DNA from: Octopus vulgaris
Taxonomy: Eukaryota
Assembly: GCA_951406725.2 (NCBI GenBank)
Contig: OX597824.1
Location: 31,496,001 to 31,560,000, forward strand
Reading direction: 5' to 3'
Length of the DNA stretch: 64,000 nucleotides
Below, piece by piece: positions 13,333-25,699 of this stretch (its first letter is position 1; the number at the start of each line of letters is the position of its first letter). Position numbers and translations under genes: made by a program. Under the pieces are notes generated by a model, which saw only the letters and a program-made list of their open reading frames with translations, had not been told where the DNA came from and did not search any database.

Positions 13333-15049
13333 GTTTTCCATGCTAGCATGGGTTGGACGGTTCAATTGGGGTCTGGGAAGTCAGAAGGCTGCGCCAGACC
13401 CAGACTGATCTGGCAGTGTTTCTACAGCTGGATGCCCTTCCTAATGCCAACCACTCCATGAGTGTAGCGGATGCTTTTTACGTGCCACTGGCACAGGTTA
13501 CATAGTTAAAACAGTAGTTCTATGTGGTCTTTGAGACAAACCTACAATTTTTGGTTTTTGAGAACAAAGAGAAAATGAGGTAGTCCAGAATATCTATGTT
13601 GACATGAAATACTACTTTTGCAAGGATGGTGGTAGAGACTGGGAATCATGCCCTTTCTTGAAGAGCATTACAAACATGTGGAAGGATTTCTCCAAGAAAT
13701 TGGAAACAAGTTCTGAAATCAATTCCTTTGGAACTTACAGTACTCACAACTATAATAAACATGATAATAAATTTATAACTGTGATGAACAATTAATGTAC
13801 AGATTAAAAATATCTAGATCAGAAATTATTAATCAAAGTTGTGATTGTATGAAATTATTTTAAATTATTGACTTTTATTGATGGAAAACATTTATAGATT
13901 GTTAAACTAATTTTTGGTTTTCGTAAAAACTTTTTGTATCTTCTTTAATTCAGTTAAATTTTGAGGGATGGTTTCCTTCGTGATTATCATCAGGTGCTTT
14001 GTACTTGTGCTCAGGCTGGGAGTGAAGAAACAAACCATTTATTCATAGTATCTGTTGTTGGACAGACACTAAATAATTCAAAATTCTGTTTTACAAAATA
14101 AAAACTAAATTACAAAATTCATCAAACACCAATTAGCATTAACATTAACTAACATAAAAGACAATGTGGATACTTTAAAAATTAAATTTAGATATTTGGA
14201 ATTATGGTGTTATTGTTTGGCTGAAATAGTCAGAATAGATAATCATTTGATGCTGCAGAACAATAATTGAATCATTAATAATTGGATATTATTTCTTCAT
14301 TTTTTCAATAGTTTCTCTAATAGAAATCCTACAGTTAGAATTATGTGTATGCATTTTATTAACTTCTCTATAATAATTTCTATAGAAATGTTATTTCCTG
14401 AAAAATACAGTGATATTCATATAAATTAATGTACAAGTTGCTGGGTGTAGAAATGGTAAAATGTCTTACAGAACAGGTTGTGGTAAATTGGTTATATTCT
14501 TTTAGGTTCTGAGTTCAAATCCTTCCTTCGGTCAGCAACTTTATTTTTCATCCATCTGAGGCTGATGAAATTAGAACCAGTAAAATTAATTTAGGTTAAT
14601 ATAATCGGCTATATCTTAGAAGGTGGTACCCCAGCAATGCCACATTCAAATTACTGAAACTAGTAAAACAGTAAAAGACTGCATTAAAGCTATTTTAACA
14701 CTACACAGAAATCTTTAAAAGTAAAACATCAGTTTTAAAAAGCACCATCCGACCGTGGCCATTTGCCAGCCCCATCTGGCACGTAAAAAGCACCCACTAC
14801 ACTCACAGAGTGGTTGGCATAAGAAGGGCATCCAGCCGTAGAAACATTGCCAGATCAGACTGGGCCTGGTGCAGCCATCTGGTTTCCCAGACCCCAGTTG
14901 AACCGTCCAACCCATGCTAGCATGGAAAGCGGATGCTAAATGATGATGATGACGATGATGACTACTCGAAAAGTATGAATAATACTTCTTTTTGGCAATG
15001 TTATTTCTATCACTTTCTTTCTCTTTCAAATGTTTCTTTTCTTTTGCAG

Positions 15050-15142
15050 CCAATACATTATGTTGGAATTTTTTCACTGTTTCTGAATTTAACTTTTGCA
15101 ATTGCTTCTTTATATTTTTGTTATCGCTGTTCAGGAATAGAG
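15050..15142 (+). CDS. Gene A exon (TM4): PIHYVGIFSLFLNLTFAIASLYFCYRCSGIE
   Basis: cttttgcag acceptor and gag|gtaagt donor. 93 nt, phase 0. TM helix followed by juxtamembrane Cys. The acceptor region resembles that before 63911. Confidence 0.85.
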
Positions 15143-17454
15143 GTAAGTGCAGTGTTTTATTTATTTGATAATTGTTTATTGTATTGCAAGACACATCAAA
15201 TGTCGCACCATTTATGTCATCTTAGATTTGAAGATACCATATATATGACATTGTTCTTGTTTAGACTGCAAGAGATTGAGTCACATGACTTGGAGTTACT
15301 TCAGCTTATAAACTGCAAAATGTTCCCTTAGAAAGGAAAATAAATGAAAATCAATAGGAAATGAGTAATACATGATAAGATAAAAAAATAGATAAAGCAA
15401 TGTTTGTGGTTAAATATCAAGAGATAAAGTAGTGAAGGTAGTAAGATGTTAGCTAAGAGAAGAAAGCAAGTGTAGAGATAATGAGATTCGTCAAACATCA
15501 TTAAGTTAACACAAACGTTTGTCTGTTTATCTGATATCTGTTAAAAAAAAAGTGGACCTTTTTTAATAAAACTTTACTTGAAGGTTATTTAAGATTTGAG
15601 TGGCAAATATATTTGAGTAATTTTGACCTTCTGAACTTATCCCCCACAGAGTTTCTACTGCTTGAATTATTACCTGTCTATAAGAAAACAGCTATTCATA
15701 AAAGCCATAAACTTTGAATAAACCATACCTGTGACTTCAGATGAAGAAATACAGAAGCTCTTTTTTGCTTGACAAACTTTTTGTCAGACATAAAGATACC
15801 CTTTGGTCCAATAAAAACTCCCCTACACATTTTGATATCAGCATGTGTGCAATCGATTCAGCAGAGATCAGTGACTATACCTCTTGCATATCATGAAAGA
15901 TACCTTCCAAGGTTCTAAAGGTGATTTATAGTTCCTTGCTATCAACAATAACAACTGTCAACTCACAGATGAATTCTAAGAGTCTTCATAGCTTCTTCAA
16001 CAACCTAGGTTTCCAAATCTCTGTAGAACACTGCTTAAGAGAAGCCAACTTCTTGAACATAGCAATTGATTGGCCTGCTTGCCTGCCTACCTACCTACCT
16101 TCCTACCTACCTACATACATACATACATACATACATACATACATACACACATACACACATACATACATACATACATATATACAAACATACACATGCATGC
16201 ACACATACATACATACACATACATACATACATACATACATACATACATACATACATACATACATACATACATACATGATGTTACTGAAATTCCACTGAAA
16301 GAGTCTTGGATCTAGGATAGAAACTGACTCTTTCTCTATCAGCAAGAAATCTTGAAAAAAAATATGAATAATGACATAAATATATACATACAATCTGTTT
16401 TTGCAGGGTCATTGAATGATCAACAGCATTACAATACCTGAGCAAGCTGGAGGGAAGAATAATGTGTGGGGTTGTATACGACAGCTCCTAATTAAGAAAA
16501 TGCTCCCAGAAAAGAAAAAAACAGAAAAAAAATCACAGGAACTTAATGGTAGCGTGGCTGGACAACCAGAAGGCTTTGAATAGAAAACAAATGGGTGGAT
16601 TATCAAGGTTTTACAGCCAACCAAAATTACACAACCATTTGTGAGTGCTATTGAACGCCCGACCATGACTGGGTATACCACTTTGCTCCTAAGAAGTAAC
16701 AAGCAACAGATTGAATTAGATAGCACCCATTACCAAAAAAAATCATCTGTTGGGTTTTCTTTGTCGTTTCATAATATAGTGACCAGAGAAATGGATCCAG
16801 AAGAATTTCTCATCTTTCCTTTGTCAACAACTGAAACTGTATGGGCCAAATATAAGCCACATAACAAAAACAATTGGACCTTATAACTCAATTTCCTACA
16901 AACATTGGGATGAAATTTGGTGAGTTTAGATGGGGTTTTTTGACAGAAAAACATAGAAAAGTTGTGCCCTCCTCTGAAAGACTAAAAATGAATGGCTTAA
17001 CAATACAACCTTCACAGTCAGATGACAATTATAGGTATCTTGGACAAGATGAGAATGTCAGTTAGATATGCAGGACCCGTAAATAAGGGGAGAATCAGAA
17101 ATGACTACCTCAAGAGGGTAAAGAGAATATGGTCATCAAAATTTCCATCTTACAAAAAACATATTGCCCACAACACCTTTGCATTGCCTAGCCTTACACC
17201 TAGATTTGACCTTCTGAACTGGTCACTACAAGAACTCAATGAGATAGATATTAGAATTCACAAACTGCTCAGCATCAGTTGAGATGTAAACAGTCTATAC
17301 TTCCCATACAAGGAATGTGGCTGTGGTCTAAAATCTGTATTGATGTCATATGAAGCACAGATTGTGATGCTGAAACAACATTGGCAGCAGAGGAAAGAGG
17401 TCAATAACTATCTTGCCCAAGTTGGTGACCATGAAACTAATAACATAATTTTTT

Positions 17455-17755
17455 TTTCACCCTTTTCAAGCCTAGCCAGGCTCATGGGCCCGGTTTCTAT
17501 GGCACATGTGTTCCCCCCAGCTGGACGGATTGCCAGTCCATTGCAGTGTTACTCAAAAAACAGGAAGAGAGAGTGAGAGAAAGTTGTGGTGAAAGAGTAC
17601 AACAGGGGTTACCACCACCCCTGCTGCCAGAGCCTCGTGGAGCTTTTAGGCATTTTCACTCAATAAACACACACAACGCCCGGTCTGGGAATCGAAACTG
17701 CAATCCTCCGACCACAAGTCCACTGCCTTAACCACTGGGCCATTGCGCCTCCACA
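17455..17755 (-). mobile_element. tRNA-derived SINE (49070 family)
   Basis: Reverse complement gtggaggcgcaatggcccagtggttaaggcag...tcgattcccagaccggg. Other copies at 27195-27545 and 40850-41170. Confidence 0.8.
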
Positions 17756-17936
17756 ATAACATAATTAGTATACCTAAAGACAGTTTTCTACCCAAGGAAC
17801 ATTGGTAAGATCTATTTATCAGAGCAGAAGGAAAAATGAACCAGTTCACTGAGAAGATAGTACATGGGTACTTGGGACATAAAACAATAGTCATAGAAGA
17901 GATCAATCATGTCAACAGCTTGGTATAGAGTACCAG

Positions 17937-18100
17937 CACTAGCGTAGCTAGAATGTGTGCCACCTGGGGCAGTTCTTCTGTTTGCCACCCCCAGACCCCA
18001 CAAAAAGCACATATTGCCTACAGCAGACTAAAAGTGCCACAACTTTGAAAGTGCTGCCTGGGGCAGACCACCCCTACCACTCCCATAAGCTATGCTAGCA
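17937..18100. mobile_element. hAT-type MITE
   Basis: TIRs cactagcgtagct / agctatgctagca, flanked by an 8-bp TSD agtaccag / agtaccaa. Confidence 0.65.
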
Positions 18101-18404
18101 AGTACCAATAAGTTTATGATATCCCACTTTGAAGGCTACACCCATGCAATCCAAGAACAGAGATTCCCATCAAGTACCTACAACATAGAAGGCAGAAAAC
18201 ATTGATGCTCAACAAATGTAGGTTGTGTAACCCCGAGACTGAAGATATCAACTACATTATTGCCAACTGTGAGAGAATGTCTTCTAGATATTATCTTCCC
18301 ATGGGGCATGATATAGTGGTCATAATGGTCTGGAGCAGGATAACAAAAAACAGAATACCTACAAACTAAGTTGACTATATTGAGACTGATAGTTCAGAAG
18401 AATA

Positions 18405-18830
18405 CTCTCTTTACTCTTTTTACTCTTTTTATTTGTTTCAGTCATGTGACTGTGACCATGCTGGAGCACTGCCTTTAGTCGAGCAAATCGACCCCAGGAC
18501 TTATTCTTTGTAAGCCTAGTACTTATTCTATCAGTCTCTTTTGCTGAACCGCTAAGTTACAGGGATGTAAACACACTATCATCAGTTGTCAAGCGATGTT
18601 GGGAGGACAAACACAGACACACAAACATATACACACACATACATACATATATATATATATACATATATACGACGAGCTTCTTTCAGTTTCCGTCTACCAA
18701 ATCCACTCACAAGGCTTTGGTCAGCCCGAGGCTATAGTAGAAGACACTTGCCCAAGGTGCCACGCAGTGGGACTGAACCTAGAACCATGTGGTTCGTAAG
18801 CAAGCTACTTATCACACAGCCACTCCTACT
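18405..18830 (-). mobile_element. tRNA-derived SINE (984 family)
   Basis: Near-identical to 984-1388 and ends in a short tandem-repeat tail. Confidence 0.85.
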
Positions 18831-19449
18831 CCTACTGGTGGGATTTGAAAATTAAAAGTCACACAGTTAAAACACAACCAGTCAGGTATTGTAGTTGAGA
18901 TGACTCAGAAGTTGTTGCTCTTCAATTACAATCACAAACAGCAGTAGCTCTCTTCAGCTGAATACACATCTTTGACTGGTTAAAATTACCCAAATATGAC
19001 AACTTTAACATGGAATAACTTCTAAAATACGAAATTTTGTCAAAAATAGTGTAAGTAAACCGTGTTCAACATGAGAAATTACACCAGTATACGAAGTTTC
19101 AAACTGTTTAGTTAAAAACAAATAATTTTAAAATCTGCGAAACTGAAGAGATCCTAAAGATGTATGTGTACAGAATATTAAAGAAAGTTTTACCAAAACT
19201 TGCAAACTTTCATAATTATTATGAATTTTTGGTTGACATAATGGACATCAATTATTGTTTGGCCATGTTATCAACTGACTAAATATGCCAATTTATCAAA
19301 CATTAGCTGGGCTTTTATGGGCTATCAAATGTGAAAATCATTAGCAGTTTGTTTCCAGATACAAGACTATTATATTTATTTCATGCAAAAATTCATCTAA
19401 AATGTGATACAGTGAATCATAAATGTTGATATACTTGATTTTAATTTTA

Positions 19450-20340
19450 GATCAACATGCCAAAGAACTGATGGTCAAGACACCTCCAGTTGTCCTACAC
19501 CTGAAACTAGTAATGCCAACAATGAATCTCTGACATCTAGCATCTCAGTACTACAAATAAAAGCCATTCAAAAAGTGGGGTCTTTGAAATTCAGGAGCAA
19601 GTAATGCAAAATTCTCTTGAACTTGATATTGGGCTAGTTAGTCGAGCATCCATGGGCGAAAATGAGCACAAGACCATTCTTCAGCAGAAGTGGAAGACAC
19701 CAAAGCAGTTTACATACCCAAAGAATCACCAGAACAGAAGGTATTCTCCAGCATGGGAAGAAAAGTTCCCATGGCTTAGGTATTCTAAGTTTTTGGTTCA
19801 TTGTGTGTTTACTTTGCTGCCCAAGATATGAGCAATCCGGAATTTGTTACCAAACCATTCCAGGATTGGAAGAATGCCTGTGGTCAAGAAAGAGGGTCTC
19901 TAACTCATCATGAAAAGTCAGATACCCATTAAAGAGTAATGAAAAGGGTTGATGAATTTTTGATGATATGCCAAGGAGAAAAGAAATCAATCACAGAACA
20001 TTTTTCTAAGGCATATGCTCAGCGAGCCGAAAAGAACAGATTAACTCTTTCATGAATTCTTCATGTAATCACTTCCCTTGCAAAAAGAGGAAGCTGGTTC
20101 CATGAGAAGAAGGAAGGAGACAGTAATTTCAACATTTTTATTAAGTGTAAAGCAAAAGATAATCCTGCATTTGCAGCCTTTCTAGAAAATGTACCAAAGA
20201 ATGCAACATATTTATCTCCTGTTATCCAGAATCAATCAATTGAATGTCTTGCAACAGTCATCAGGAGGCAAATCATTAATGAAGCCATGAAGGCTGACAA
20301 TTTCAGTATCATGGTTGATGAAATTTGTGATGCAAAGGGG
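19450..20340 (+). pseudogene. hAT transposase remnant (TTF zinc finger and DUF4371 region; ZMYM1/THAP12-like)
   Basis: RRYSPAWEEKFPWLRYS, FVTKPFQDWKNA, FLENVPKNATYLSPVIQNQSIECLA..IRRQIINEAMKADNFSIMVDEICD. Frameshifts and stops are present. Confidence 0.85.
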
Positions 20341-21715
20341 TTTTTTTGGCTTTTGGAAACAACCATTTCTTTCTCTTTGTATATTTTTTGTTAAGTTAGA
20401 ATTTCTCTGTTTGGTCCAGATTTTCCAATTTCTTTTTTCTTGTATAAAGCAATGGATGGAAGCATTTAAAAACAATTAAATTCAAAGTGAACAAAATAAA
20501 AAATATCAACTTTTAAACATTTTTGGATCTAGTTTGAGTCACAAAATCAGCCCCCTTTAATTTTGCTCAGATTTGGGCAATGGATGGATTTTAGAATTTT
20601 GATTACACTCAATCAATTACTTTATCTTGTAAATTAAAGAATTTAATGTTACTTGGAACTACAGTTGAAAATTTGTGTAATTTTAGCTAATCAACAGACA
20701 GCAAGGCATTAACAACTAGTTACCATAGCAACATATCACTTGCTGTGCTGAGTCTTCTCGTCTGCATGCAGTTTCTCTGTACATGTTTTTATTTTTGTGC
20801 AAACTTTATAAATTGTCTATTACCTGTGCTCATATCAATTAGAATTTAATTTTAGGTATTTTTCATATATTTCGTGAAGTTTTTCTGTGTTTGTTTACTT
20901 TTTGCTTAGTGGTAAGAGCCTAGCACATGTATAAAATGGTTGGCATTAGGAAGGCATCCAGTCGTAGAAACCATGCAAATCAGACTGGAATATAGTGCAG
21001 CACCCCAGCTTGCCAGCTCTTGTCAAACCATCCAACCCATGCCTACATGGACAATGGACGATAAACGATGATGAATATAATATATTCAAATAAGTAAAAC
21101 ATAATATCATGAATAGCGATAGCGAAACCGGTCGATATATTAAAAATTATATTAAAACTATGTAAGTGTGCGTATTTTCCTTTTTCAATTTCCTATATAT
21201 ATATATATATACACACACACGTATTTTTACGTTTGTGTATTTGTTTTGCAAGGTTCCTGACGTGAAGTCATGTGTTGAAACAGATATTCTTGTATTTCGG
21301 GATGGTCATATTTCTTCTTTTTTCACCAAATTCATTCCACACTTGTTTATTATTGTTCTTATTTTATGTTTACTGTCTGGAAACCTTTCATCACACATCC
21401 TGTGATCTCTTCAGCAACTCTCCATCACACATATCTCCTGTGCTGTTTAGTCCATTCTGAGAATGGACCAAACAGAACTCTGGGGTGGAACAGAAGGACT
21501 AGGAATTTTTTTGCTTCAAGTATTATGATGATTTTGATGATTTTGGTGGGGTATGAAAATTTTGGAACAAACTCATTGAGAAATGGTAATGTTTTAAGGT
21601 AAACAGGAAAACATGACATATATTAGCTCTTAAATGGCTAAGGAAATAAATATGATTTAAAAGACATTTTACATGTTAATATAACCTTTCTAAAATTATC
21701 TTTCTGCTTCTACAG

Positions 21716-22381
21716 AAAAATGCTGTCACAACACAAGGACCAGGGATTATACATCTGCCAACTGATAGAAATGAAGCACTTAGACCTCCAGAATACACTG
21801 CTTATCCTTCAGAAATGCCTCCACAATACACTACTTCTCTTCCAGACGCCACTGAAGAACATATGCCTCCACAATACACTGCTTCTCCATCATATACTGC
21901 TGGAGCAGAAATGCCTCCACAATACAATGCTTCTCTTTCAGATGTCACTGAAGAACATATGCCTCCACAATACACTGCTTCTCCATCATATACTGCTGGA
22001 GCAGAAATGCCTCCACAATACAATGCTTCTCTTTCAGATGTCACTGAAGAACATATGCCTCCACAATACACTGCTTCTCCATCATATACTGCTGGAGCAG
22101 AAATGCCTCCACAATACAATGCTTCTCTTCCAGATGCCACTGAAGAACATATGCCTCCACAAGACACTGCTTCTCCATCATATACTGCTGGAGCAGAAAT
22201 GCCTCCACAATACAATGCTTCTCTTCCAGATGCCACTGAAGAACATATGCCTCCACAAGACACTGCTTCTCCATCATATACTGCTGGAAAAGAAATACCT
22301 CCACAATACAATGCTTCTCCTCCAGATGCAGATGCTACAAAAGAACTATGCCTTCATCAACTACCCAATGAAAGGGAATAG
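21716..22381 (+). CDS. Gene A terminal exon: cytoplasmic tail with PPEY and tandem PPQY repeats
   Basis: ttctgcttctacag acceptor. The phase-0 frame KNAVTTQGPG...LRPPEYTAYPSE runs into ORF 21815-22381 and matches the phase-0 donor at 15142. Stop TAG at 22379-22381. Confidence 0.8.
   Translation, partial: KNAVTTQGPGIIHLPTDRNEALRPPEYTAYPSEMPPQYTTSLPDATEEHMPPQYTASPSYTAGAEMPPQYNASLSDVTEEHMPPQYTASPSYTAGAEMPPQYNASLSDVTEEHMPPQYTASPSYTAGAEMPPQYNASLPDATEEHMPPQDTASPSYTAGAEMPPQYNASLPDATEEHMPPQDTASPSYTAGKEIPPQYNASPPDADATKELCLHQLPNERE
21812..22325 (+). repeat. Coding minisatellite: 48-bp units alternating as a 96-bp dimer, ~11 units
   Basis: atgcctccacaatac recurs every 48 bp. Peptide units are MPPQYTASPSYTAGAE and MPPQYNASL(S/P)D(V/A)TEEH. 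Confidence 0.95.
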
Positions 22382-22698
22382 AATTTTCATACTTTGTGCA
22401 ATTAAAAATTGTTTAAAAAGCATTATATATATATATATATATGTAATATAAAATATAAATTAAAAATAAAACCACTATTATGCAACTCAAACAGTGATAG
22501 ACATAAACCAAAACATAAATAACAAATAATATATATTTTTATAAAACATATAACTAGATCTCAAAAAGTATAAAAATGAATAATTAATATATAATAAGTA
22601 AAAAAACTATGTACGTTTCATGGCTACAATTAAATTCGAATCACAATTAAAATTTTAAGTTAATTGAAATGAATTCAATTTAAAATTATGTATATATA

Positions 22699-23864
22699 CT
22701 AGCATTAAAGACCCATCGTTGCCGGGTCATAGTGCTAGTGCATGTATATATGTGTATATATATATGTGTACATATTACATGTACATCTATATATATACAT
22801 CTACACATAAAATACAAAATACAAAGTTATATCTTGATAGTGCTAGTGATAACAATACTCAAAATATATAACAGACTGGAATTGTTAGCCCGTCTCTTGT
22901 AATTTCGATCAATTGTATCTTGTCCTCCCTCTTGTATAGAAGTGTGACTACAATCCAGCCTACCTCTACTTCTGGGGGGAAGGGCATTTTTAATTTTTAT
23001 CCTACGTCCCAGATATAAAGGTAAAAATAAAATATTTCCACTTTTCAAGTTCGAGTCGAGTGCTCCCTTGCACGCTCCGTTAACTCGAACCTTGCTTCTA
23101 TTGTGGCAAATTTACTGGCTCTGATTAGATACCTTTCATAGTCGCACCAAGACACTTTTCGAAGGTGCTTTCCTCCATGTGTTCAAATCTTTTTTCTCTA
23201 CATTGTATACTTTATAGACAATAGTCTCTTCTTTAATTTAATTTTTTGTTATCCATCTGGACTATTCCATTTCTGCACGCTAATTTTATTTTTAATTTAT
23301 TCCCATTCATGTGAAACCACTTATTCAAGTTCAAATCATTGATGCAATTTTATACCAATTGCTATTTTTACTTTTATTATGTTACGATTATATTATATTT
23401 TAGTTTGATTTTAATTATTACTTACTACATAAAATTCAATTGTTATTATTATTTTTATTGTTAAAGTGAAAGTATCTGACATAAAATAGAGAAACGTTTT
23501 TGTTTCACTTTTAACACGTAATACTGAAATAGTGGAGAAGATATGATATTGCTATGGGCTCGCTCTAGGCAAGAAATTGAACATTTTTTTGCCCATGAAA
23601 CTACATGGACCCTAAGTAAGGCATGTGTAAAATTTGAATGGAATTGGTTGTGTAGTTCTCAAGCTTTAGGGAATCGTAGTGGAGAAGATATGATATTGCT
23701 GTGGGCTCGCCCTAGGCAAAAAGTTCAAATTTTTGCTGATGACACTCCCCGAACCCTAAGTAAGGCATGTGTAAAATTTGAATGAAATTGGTTGTGTAGT
23801 TCTCAAGTTTTAGGGAAACACACAGACAGACAGACACACATTCTCAGTTTTATATATATAAAGA
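22699..23864 (-). mobile_element. Non-autonomous Helitron
   Basis: Minus strand: A|TCtttatatatataaaactgagaatg 5' end at 23864, and hairpin gacccggcaacgatgggtc plus CTAG|T 3' end at 22699. Internal ~150-bp tandem duplication at 23527-23815. Confidence 0.85.
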
Positions 23865-24474
23865 TATACACTGCTGGAGCAGAAATGCTTCCATAATACA
23901 ATGCTTCTCCTCCGGGTAAACACACATACACACACACACACATATATATATATATCAGCTCTTAAATGGTTATGGAAATAAATATTAATCATAGGCAAAT
24001 ATAATTTGCCTAAAGAGAGAGTGGGGTGCTTTCAAAAACAATAGCTGAATAAAGGATAGCATCTTGAATTGTAATTAAATTCCAACAAGTTGACTACATC
24101 AATACAATATAATTGAAAAGAACCTTCTTTCTCTCTGTCTTTCCTTTCCATTTTTCTTCTTTATTTTTTCTTTTTCATCTCAAAATACATGCTTTCTTCT
24201 ACTCTCTCCTCCTCTCCACCTTTCCTTCTCTTTTCTCTTTCTACTTTTCTAAACAAAACAAAACGATATATGTGACTGCATGTGTATCGTTGGCAATTTT
24301 TTTTCCTCCGTCTTCGCTTCCTTGGATCTTTCCTTTTTCTACGTTTCTGCCAAAGAGCTCTGCTCGAAACGTAAAACCCTCCTTCTTCCCTTCCTTCCTG
24401 AGCGTCCAATAATACTATATTTGTTCCACGTCCTCGCGTTGTTGTGTTTTCTCTTTGTGTTTTCATGTTTGGAT

Positions 24475-24509
<35 letters not shown>

Positions 24510-25699
24510 TTTTTCAATCCTAATGTGTATAAGGACACTAGACTGTTAAAAAAGCATTGTCTTCAAACTGGTTATTTGGACTGGAATAAAATTTCTGTAA
24601 TTATATTGAAAGAGATGCTAAGGCTTTCTACTTTGCTAAATTTCCTTATTTTTTTATAATAAACAGAATAAGATTTTTTTTTCAGATATATTTGCAAGTG
24701 TTGTGAGTGCTGTCAAATCAGCCAAATCTTCATGTTGATTATAAAAACAAGAATAATATTTCAACACATAAGTTGTGATAATCGTTAATGCTGTTTAAAC
24801 CGCAACTCTCCATGATGGAAAGGAAATTTAAAACAGTGGTACTTCAAAGTGAACGTTGTTCATTCAATGTCCAGGCCCGATCTGAACTAAACTTTTTCAA
24901 AATTGGCACATTTCACTGTTGGACAGTACAGTCACATACATATGCTAAGACAGACACACCTCAGTCCTATTCATGCACATTTGTACTATCTCTGTGTTTA
25001 GATGTGTGTGTGTGAGTGTGCGTGTCAGTTATCACAAAAATGCATGTATACTGACAGACACATACACCCTCACACACACACACACACACATCTACTTGTC
25101 AGTCATCGGCCTAACCTACATAACGAATACTCAAACACACACACACTGACAGACACGTACATACTCATATAGAAAATGTGACGTGGTGGTGGTATAAAAT
25201 ATCGTTTATGATAGGTGACCTATAGAAAGATTATAATGTTAAATTTTTGTAATGTAAATATGTATATGAAAATAATTTGATAGCCGAAAGATTATTGAAT
25301 CTTTTGATACCTTTGATACCTCGTATGTCAAAATCAGCAACTTAGTTTTCAAATCTATAAGGAACATATGTACACACACACGTGCAGTCTCTTTTATATA
25401 GTAAGACTAGCAATGCAACCTGGAATTGCTCGGATGCTGGTGTGTTTACGTCTCTGTAACTTAGCGGATTGGCAAGAGAGACTGATAGAATAGGTACTAG
25501 GCTTACAAAAAATAAGTCCTAGGGTCGATTTACTCAACTAAAGGCAGTGCTCCAGCATGGCCGCAGTCAAATGACTGAAACAAATATAAGAATAAAAATA
25601 TGTATACATATTTTTGTTGGATGACCATTGACAATTCATGAGTTCCTCCACCCTTTGTTTTTTGTCCAGTAAGGTATCCAACAAACAATATTATTCAAC

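Larger units (their letters stand above)
16410..18400 (+). mobile_element. Degraded R4/Dong-like retrotransposon interrupted by a SINE and a MITE
   Basis: FPTNIGMKFG, DDNYRYLGQDEN, YLKRVKRIWSS...AHNTFALP, FEGYTHAIQEQ, CRLCNPETEDINYIIANC. Many disruptions. Confidence 0.75.

Noticed and set aside
19451-19831. Possible extra gene A exon after ttttag at 19450
   Set aside because: It belongs to the hAT transposase remnant and has stops in the phase-0 frame.
21812-22325. CRISPR-like appearance of regularly spaced repeats
   Set aside because: The spacers are themselves repeated, the context is eukaryotic and there are no cas genes.
21720-22451. 243-aa alternative-frame ORF and two antisense ORFs over the minisatellite
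   Set aside because: Stop-free repeat units open several frames. Only the PPQY frame fits the phase-0 splice from 15142 and contains a non-repeat PPEY.
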